This document shows positions 58,120-64,000 of a DNA stretch of 64,000 bases, piece by piece; the stretch's first letter is position 1, and each line of letters starts with the position of its first letter. This DNA comes from Spirochaetota bacterium. GTDB taxonomy: Bacteria > Spirochaetota > UBA4802 > UBA5550. The notes beneath the pieces are model-generated. The model saw only the letters and a program-made list of their open reading frames with translations, was not told the origin of the DNA and ran no database searches. A program made the translations under genes and the position numbers. The stretch is taken from NCBI GenBank assembly GCA_042569985.1, contig JBHPHB010000001.1, forward strand, positions 1,600-65,599, in the 5' to 3' direction.

Positions 58120-59663
58120 GACTTTAGTTCCTTCCTGTAATCGGTGGGAGATTTTTTCATTACAATCTTAAAGAGCCTGTTGAATGTTGACAGGCAGTCA
58201 AAACCGGATGAAAGTGCAACATCGATAATTCTAATTTCACTGTCCCTGAGTTTTTCCACGGCATTGTTTATTCTAAGTTCATTGATGTAATCATTTATTT
58301 TTTTACCCGTATATTCCTTGAATTGACTGCTAAAATAGTTAGGATTCATTCCCACTGCTGATGCAAGGCCCTCCCGTGAGATATCAGACTTGTAGTTTTT
58401 CTGAATGAAATCTAAGATGACTTTGATTTTTTCTTCAGTTGAGTTGGTTATTGTTTTCTTAGAAACACCCTTTGCCTTTCTTAAGTTTTCATATAGGAGG
58501 CGTAGTTCAAAAATCCTGTTCTGAGAGTCCCTCATACCGAGTAAAGTTAATCCAATGATGAGTAGAGGGGAAAAGAAGGGAGTAATTATATAAGGGAATA
58601 TATCTCCCATTATTAAGAATGCAGTCTCAAGAGTCCCGCCAAAGGACATTAAATTTACCAGTATCAAAGTTGCATAAAATTTAAACCTGTCCGGTTTTAA
58701 TTTATTGAGGCTGTATATCATATAAGTCGCATAAAGCATAAAGAGTATTGTTACAACAAAGCCGATTATGGGGTTGATATAAAAAGTTTCCATGTATAAT
58801 TCTGCGAAAATAGTACTTCCCGTGCCAAAAATTAAAATTGGGAAAAGTATTCTGTTCTGTTCGTTGAGTTTAACATGGTAAAGGGATTGGATAATTAGAA
58901 CAAAAATAATACCCAGCAGGGGCCCTGAAATTGCCAGGAGCGACGGGACATAGTAAAATTTAACCAGTTTGTATGGTGAAAATATTAAAAAAATATAGTT
59001 GCAGTAGAATATCATCATGAGCATTGCATAAAGGAAAAATATCTGCTTTCTATCCATTAGAAATGCAATAAAGGTCCGTACTATCCCCAATAATAAGAGA
59101 AGTATAACGCTGAGGGGGATTATATTATAGATGAGGTTATGCCAGTTCGTGAGCCTGCGATGGTTTTCCCTTGTTTGAATTTTAACTCCATCAGGCAGGC
59201 CGCCGTTAAATCCCACCCTGAATACTCCAAGGTAAATATATATTTCATTTATTCCCTTCTTTAATGCACCCTGGGGTATCGTTAAATTCGCAGGGAGGTG
59301 AATATTTTCAGTTTCTCCCGGGCTCCTGTAACCAAGGAGTTTATCATTTAAATATACCCTGTATGTGTTGTATACCCTGCCAAATGATATGCCGTAATAT
59401 TTTTCGGGTTTATCAATTTCAATAGTTGCCTTTAACCAGGCATACTGGAACTCTCTTTTGGAGGGGTAGGGCAGTTTTATTTTTGACGTAATGTCAATTT
59501 GCTTCCAGTTGCTTTTTTTTTTGATTAACCCTAGGGACTTACTTTGTTTATATAGAATTTTCCACTCTTTAATGTGAAGAGTATCCATGTTATTATTAAA
59601 TGAATATGCCAGTGATGGAATTATCAGGAATATAATATATAATATGTGTTTCATTGAATTCAT
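58116..59663 (-). CDS. 7TMR-DISM (extracellular sensor domain plus 7TM) fused to AraC-type HTH DNA-binding domain
   Basis: Signal and ~170 aa extracellular domain. 7 hydrophobic helices. C-terminal AraC signature GLASAVGMNPNYFSSQFKEYTGKKINDYINELRINNAVEKL...LSSGFDCLSTFNRLFK. Confidence 0.6.
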   Translation of the reverse strand: MNSMKHILYIIFLIIPSLAYSFNNNMDTLHIKEWKILYKQSKSLGLIKKKSNWKQIDITSKIKLPYPSKREFQYAWLKATIEIDKPEKYYGISFGRVYNTYRVYLNDKLLGYRSPGETENIHLPANLTIPQGALKKGINEIYIYLGVFRVGFNGGLPDGVKIQTRENHRRLTNWHNLIYNIIPLSVILLLLLGIVRTFIAFLMDRKQIFFLYAMLMMIFYCNYIFLIFSPYKLVKFYYVPSLLAISGPLLGIIFVLIIQSLYHVKLNEQNRILFPILIFGTGSTIFAELYMETFYINPIIGFVVTILFMLYATYMIYSLNKLKPDRFKFYATLILVNLMSFGGTLETAFLIMGDIFPYIITPFFSPLLIIGLTLLGMRDSQNRIFELRLLYENLRKAKGVSKKTITNSTEEKIKVILDFIQKNYKSDISREGLASAVGMNPNYFSSQFKEYTGKKINDYINELRINNAVEKLRDSEIRIIDVALSSGFDCLSTFNRLFKIVMKKSPTDYRKELKS

Positions 59664-59860
59664 ATTGAAAGGGATGATATTTTTCTGGAATATTGTGTCA
59701 AGTGTGATTTACGAATTTTAATGCACTATTGATGGGTATCCCGGGCATAACTTTTTATTTTATTTTTTTAAAAAAATTGCTTTGAAAAACATCCGCCATG
59801 TGTTATATTGAAATCATAATATTTATGTAATGATTATAATATTATTTATAGAGGTCAAAT

Positions 59861-60373
59861 ATGTCAAGGGTAGTACTGGTTGATGAAAATGATAACGAAC
59901 TTGGAACAGAGGATAAAATAACGGCACATGTAGAGGGAAAACTTCACCGTGCCTTTTCTGTTTTTGTTTTTAATGATGAAGGGAAATTAATGCTGCAAAG
60001 GCGGGCAGAAGATAAATATCATTCCGGAGGCTTATGGTCCAATACTGTATGCAGTCACCCCGGGCCGGGTGAGGAAATAATTGAGGCTGCTCACAAACGT
60101 CTGAAAAATGAAATGGGATTTGACTGCCCCATTAATGAGATATTCAGTTTTGTATACCAGGCTGATTTTGAAAATAACCTCAGTGAATATGAATTGGACC
60201 ATGTATTTTTTGGCGCTTTTAACGGCATTCCCCATGTAAATGAAAAAGAGGTCTATGACTGGAAATGGGTAGATGTTAGTGAATTGAAAAATAATATTGA
60301 GGAAGAACCGGAACTTTATACCTACTGGCTAAAAGAGGCCCTTGATAAAGTCATGTTATTTCTTGAAAATTAA
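59861..60373 (+). CDS. idi: Isopentenyl-diphosphate delta-isomerase, type 1 (Nudix)
   Basis: LHRAFSVFVFNDEGKLMLQRRA...WSNTVCSHP...E(x)ELDHV motif pattern of type 1 IDI. Confidence 0.8.
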   Translation: MSRVVLVDENDNELGTEDKITAHVEGKLHRAFSVFVFNDEGKLMLQRRAEDKYHSGGLWSNTVCSHPGPGEEIIEAAHKRLKNEMGFDCPINEIFSFVYQADFENNLSEYELDHVFFGAFNGIPHVNEKEVYDWKWVDVSELKNNIEEEPELYTYWLKEALDKVMLFLEN

Positions 60374-60517
60374 TTAACTTTTTAAAACTCCCGAAGAAAA
60401 TAGTTTTTTTATCCCACCCGATCTGTGAAGCTAATGGATTATTTGTTATTGACAAATTCAATTATTCTAAAATTATAATATGTTCGGGGAAATAATTTAA
60501 AAGTTCACTGAAATTGG

Positions 60518-61576
60518 ATGCAGGTTTTTCATATGAATAACAAGATCTATGCTGCCATTGATGCAAATATTAACAGGGCCATGGAGGGGCTTCGTGTGTG
60601 CGAGGATGTTCTAAGGTTTATTTTGCTTTCTCCATATTCCCATGAAATAAAAGAGGTGAGGCATGAAGTCAGGAAAAGCTGCCGGGTTTTTCCTGCTGAA
60701 ATGCTTCTGCGGGCGAGGGATGTTAATGGAGATTCTCAAAAATTCTTTGACCTGGATGATGAACTCAGGCGAACTTCTGTTTCTCATATTTTCAGTGCCA
60801 ACCTTCACCGTTCCATAGAGGCAGTTCGGGCCCTGGAAGAATTTGCCAAGAACATTAATGAAACTTCAAGCCAGGATTTGCAAAAGATAAGGTTTTTATT
60901 ATATGATATTGAGAAGAAAGTGCAGCTTAATCTAAATAAATCGGAATGGCTTGATAAGTTTAGCAACTCCCTCTATGCAATATTGGATTCTTCTTTCGTT
61001 GAAAAGGATGATTATTCCGGTGCCGCAAAGAAAATGATAGAGGGCGGAGCGTTAATCATACAATTGAGGATGAAAGGGGAACCGCGTAAGAAGGTTTTGC
61101 AAACTGCAAAAGAGATTTCATTACTCTGCATGGAACATAAAAGGATATTCATTGTGAATGATCATCCCGACATTGCACTCCTTTCCGGTGCCCGGGGGCT
61201 TCACCTGGGGCAGGATGATATTTCTGTTGATGAGGCAAAGAAAATAATGCCCCAGGATATGATTATTGGCAAATCAACACATTCATACGAAGAGGCAATT
61301 GATGCGGTAAAGGAAGGGCCTGATTATATAGCCATTGGTCCGGTATACAGCACAAAGAGTAAAAATGGAAAAGAGATAGGCGGAATTGGAACTGAAGTCC
61401 TGGGGAAAATAATGGAAACTGTTGAAGTCCCCACGGTGGCAATTGGAGGAATTACTTTAAAGGGAACCGGTGATATTAAGAAAAGGGGATGCACCTGTAT
61501 TGCTGTTATCTCAGAACTTTATATAAATGGAAAAATTAAAGAGAACTGCTGTGAATTGGTTAAGGCAATAGGATAG
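60518..61576 (+). CDS. thiE: Thiamine-phosphate synthase with ~140-aa N-terminal extension of unknown function
   Basis: C-terminal ~210 aa: YAILDSS...IIQLRMKG...FIVNDHPDIALLSGARGLHLGQDD...IIGKSTHS...IAIGPVYSTKSK...VAIGGI (ThiE TIM-barrel motifs). N-terminal 140 aa unassigned. Confidence 0.7.
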   Translation: MQVFHMNNKIYAAIDANINRAMEGLRVCEDVLRFILLSPYSHEIKEVRHEVRKSCRVFPAEMLLRARDVNGDSQKFFDLDDELRRTSVSHIFSANLHRSIEAVRALEEFAKNINETSSQDLQKIRFLLYDIEKKVQLNLNKSEWLDKFSNSLYAILDSSFVEKDDYSGAAKKMIEGGALIIQLRMKGEPRKKVLQTAKEISLLCMEHKRIFIVNDHPDIALLSGARGLHLGQDDISVDEAKKIMPQDMIIGKSTHSYEEAIDAVKEGPDYIAIGPVYSTKSKNGKEIGGIGTEVLGKIMETVEVPTVAIGGITLKGTGDIKKRGCTCIAVISELYINGKIKENCCELVKAIG

Positions 61577-61578
61577 TT

Positions 61579-61818
61579 TTGGAAAAGCTTAAAGAGTTAC
61601 AGGTAAGTAGAGATGATTTAAGGAGCGAGTGGAAAGAAGTCCGCCAATTGAAGCTTAATAGAAAAGAAGAACTGCTTTTCCGGGGGTTAACCTTAAAAGA
61701 GATTAGAAAGGACAGGTTATACAGAGAATTGAAAAAGAAACAGCGCCACCATTCAAAAGTTATCGGGCATATTGAGAAGAAAATCAGCAGGATCATTTCG
61801 AAAAGCAGTGAAGCCTGA
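61579..61818 (+). CDS. Small highly charged coiled-coil-like ORF, hypothetical
   Basis: TTG start only. K/R/E-rich. Could be spurious. Confidence 0.25.
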   Translation: MEKLKELQVSRDDLRSEWKEVRQLKLNRKEELLFRGLTLKEIRKDRLYRELKKKQRHHSKVIGHIEKKISRIISKSSEA

Positions 61819-61834
61819 AAAAGAAAATATATAT

Positions 61835-63091
61835 ATGGCATATTCTGATGAGGATGGCAACGTTTTTGACTATCCCGGAATTACGCCTGCCTTTAGATCG
61901 GGGAACAGGTTTGTAAGGGTAGATGAAAAAGATCTCATAAGCCTTCCTTATGGGAGCTACCTTTTTTCTCTCCCCCAAAGATACCCCGTTTTTTTTAATA
62001 AAGATGATGAAAACTTTAATCACATTGAGATGTCTCCGGAAAAAAAAGAAATATGTGCTGTTTCTTCATTTCTAGCATCTGCCTATTTAAGGACATACCT
62101 TCCAGCTTATATAAATAAGGATAAAAGCCCCATGCTGCCGCTGTGGGCTTATGCTGGTTTGGTAATCAGGGATGGTAATTTTTTTGTTCCTGCCGTTAGA
62201 ATTGACGATGACCCAAGGTCGGATCCTGAAATTCATGAAAATGATGATGAGCTGAAATCAGCAATTAAAAACACAAGGGGCCTCCATAAGGATAACAGGC
62301 TTGTGGGACAGCTTGAGAAATGCTCAACAGAATATAACTGTCTCTGCGCAAGAAATTTTTTTCTCAGCCGATATGAGGCTCCAATACCCACGACCCCATC
62401 CTGTAATGCCGGGTGCATCGGATGTCTTTCAAGACAGGATGATGGTTCTCCCGTGGAGCCTTCTCAAATGAGGCTTGATTTTAAGCCTACCCCGGAAGAG
62501 ATATCCCGGGTAATTTTACATCATATTGAAAGCACAGACAATGCCGTTGTCAGTTTTGGCCAGGGATGTGAGGGTGAACCCCTTTTGAGGGCCCGGGACC
62601 TGGCGGAGTCTATCAATATTGTTAGAAAAAAGACCAGTAAGGGTACAATTAATCTTAACACAAATGCCTCCCTTCCCGATTCGGTTAAGCTCATGATTGA
62701 TGCGGGCCTTGACTCAATAAGGGTGAGTATGAATTCACCAACAGAGCAGTATTATAACAGGTTCTATAACCCCGGCAATTACAGCTTGAATGATGTGAAA
62801 AAATCCCTGGAAAGAGCATTGAAATCGGGGATCTTCGTTTCTCTTAACCTTTTCTTTTTTCCCGGATTTACTGATATGGAATCTGAAGTTGATGCCCTTT
62901 TTAAACTGTTAAATGATTTTCCCGTGGACATGATACAAACAAGAAATCTCAATATCGATCCCGATTATTATTTGAGGATGATGGAATTTCAGGATAGTTC
63001 AACAATAGGTATAGTTAATCTTCTTGAGTTGATAAGAGAAAAACACGGGGAAATTAGATTGGGCTATTATAACCCGTCTGTAAAGAAATAA
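61835..63091 (+). CDS. Radical SAM domain protein
   Basis: CxxxCxxC motif PSCNAGCIGCLS. Start set at first ATG (61835) rather than TTG at 61772. Glycine-rich GQGCEGEPLL downstream. Confidence 0.6.
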   Translation: MAYSDEDGNVFDYPGITPAFRSGNRFVRVDEKDLISLPYGSYLFSLPQRYPVFFNKDDENFNHIEMSPEKKEICAVSSFLASAYLRTYLPAYINKDKSPMLPLWAYAGLVIRDGNFFVPAVRIDDDPRSDPEIHENDDELKSAIKNTRGLHKDNRLVGQLEKCSTEYNCLCARNFFLSRYEAPIPTTPSCNAGCIGCLSRQDDGSPVEPSQMRLDFKPTPEEISRVILHHIESTDNAVVSFGQGCEGEPLLRARDLAESINIVRKKTSKGTINLNTNASLPDSVKLMIDAGLDSIRVSMNSPTEQYYNRFYNPGNYSLNDVKKSLERALKSGIFVSLNLFFFPGFTDMESEVDALFKLLNDFPVDMIQTRNLNIDPDYYLRMMEFQDSSTIGIVNLLELIREKHGEIRLGYYNPSVKK

Positions 63092-63341
63092 TCTTGACTT
63101 TTAAATAATCTACAATATTGATGTCTAGTGTGAAACCTCTGTAAAACTGAGTGGTTATAAATAAAAAATTATTATTGCCTGGTTATGTATAGATTTTTAC
63201 AATAGTTACAGCAGTATGTTTTTATATAATAATGGGGTGTGGGGTGAAGCCCCAAGAAATACCCCCTCCGCGTGCGTCGCGGTATGCTATACAGAACAAA
63301 TTAGTTAAAATAATTGACAAATATATTTTAAGCAGGTTGTT

Positions 63342-63749
63342 ATGAAAAGAGTTTATGTAGTATTTTGTATTGCCGTATTTTTTTTAAGCTATTGTTCTAC
63401 CTTTGTAGATAAAGAATTCAAGCCGGAAATAAAAAAACTTGAAAATGATTCATATATAGTAAAGAAACATGTCAGTATTGGCGGCTTAAGGCTTAGTAAA
63501 AACCAGAAGATTAAAATAATTGTCGTGGGCGGCGATGAATGGGTTAAGGTTTATGGATATGGTTATGATGAAAATGTACTTAAGGCGAAGAGAGTACTGA
63601 TTTTATACCTTTTTGAGAGTGACTTTAAGGATGATATTTTTAATTTAGTTACTTTTAAAGAAAAGCTTTTTCAGATTATTTCTAAAGAAGATGAAATAAA
63701 AAAATCTGGAAAGAAAAACAAAAAACGCAGGAAAAGACGAAAAAGATAA
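63342..63749 (+). CDS. Hypothetical lipoprotein with lysine-rich C-terminal tail
   Basis: Lipobox [10 protein letters not shown]-terminal [16 protein letters not shown]. Confidence 0.45.
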   Translation: MKRVYVVFCIAVFFLSYCSTFVDKEFKPEIKKLENDSYIVKKHVSIGGLRLSKNQKIKIIVVGGDEWVKVYGYGYDENVLKAKRVLILYLFESDFKDDIFNLVTFKEKLFQIISKEDEIKKSGKKNKKRRKRRKR

Positions 63750-63768
63750 AAATAGATGGGGTATTACT

Positions 63769-64000
63769 ATGTTTACCGGTGTATATACAGCCCTTATTAC
63801 GCCGTTTAAGGACAATAAAATCGATTATGATGCATTAGGTGTCATAATCGAAATGCAGGTTAAGGGTGGAGTTGACGGTATCGTCCCTATGGGGACTACC
63901 GGTGAATCTCCAACGGTTTCCTTTGAGGAGCATAAGGTTTTAATTAAAGAAGTAGTCAAAATGGCTGCTAATAGGATAAAAGTCGTTGCCGGTGCCGGAG
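63769..64000 (+). CDS. dapA: 4-hydroxy-tetrahydrodipicolinate synthase (N-terminal part; gene continues beyond window)
   Basis: [51 protein letters not shown] matches the DapA N-terminus (TPF...G.V..GTTGE). Confidence 0.8.
   Translation, partial: MFTGVYTALITPFKDNKIDYDALGVIIEMQVKGGVDGIVPMGTTGESPTVSFEEHKVLIKEVVKMAANRIKVVAGAG

Noticed and set aside
61772-61834. TTG-initiated N-terminal extension of the radical SAM ORF
   Set aside because: It would overlap the preceding small ORF by 47 nt and lacks an RBS. The first ATG (61835) was preferred.
1-64000. CRISPR arrays, transposases/IS elements, integrases, prophage genes, rRNA/tRNA
   Set aside because: I looked for direct-repeat/spacer periodicity, DDE/tyrosine recombinase motifs and rRNA-like conserved blocks, and none were seen. 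The window appears to be core chromosome.

Overview
This 64 kb window is an AT-rich chromosomal segment from a diderm (outer-membrane-bearing) bacterium; lineage is not assignable from sequence alone. About 70 coding regions are densely packed on both strands. No rRNA, tRNA, CRISPR array, transposase or integrase was recognised, so this reads as core chromosome rather than a mobile island. Recognisable housekeeping genes: mechanosensitive channel (MscS), Mfd, CTP synthase, ThiC, EPSP synthase (AroA), AroH-type chorismate mutase, RsmE, ThiS, a pncB-nadE-pncA NAD salvage operon, IDI, ThiE, start of DapA, ComEC, rhomboid protease, an AGCS alanine/glycine symporter, and a class IV aminotransferase. 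What stands out is signalling and envelope content. (1) A partner-switching module: a hybrid sensor kinase-receiver-PP2C phosphatase sits immediately upstream of four tandem STAS anti-sigma-antagonist paralogs. Possible dispersed partners are a GAF-PP2C phosphatase overlapping pyrG and a GHKL-like-HDOD fusion. (2) c-di-GMP proteins: an HD-GYP-like-PilZ fusion and a standalone PilZ gene with an unknown partner. (3) A cell-surface locus: CsgG-like protein, an 8-repeat propeller-like lipoprotein, an HxxxDG acyltransferase, an FG-GAP propeller, and a 7TMR-DISM-AraC membrane regulator. (4) Candidate non-coding elements: a ~200 nt GC-rich structured element upstream of the AGCS transporter, a pseudoknot-like inverted-repeat element after mscS, a thrice-repeated 13-mer in a divergent promoter region, and a repeated GC-rich hairpin motif. 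All calls rest on motif-level reading of the supplied translations and on hairpins or repeats seen in the DNA. No database search was run.
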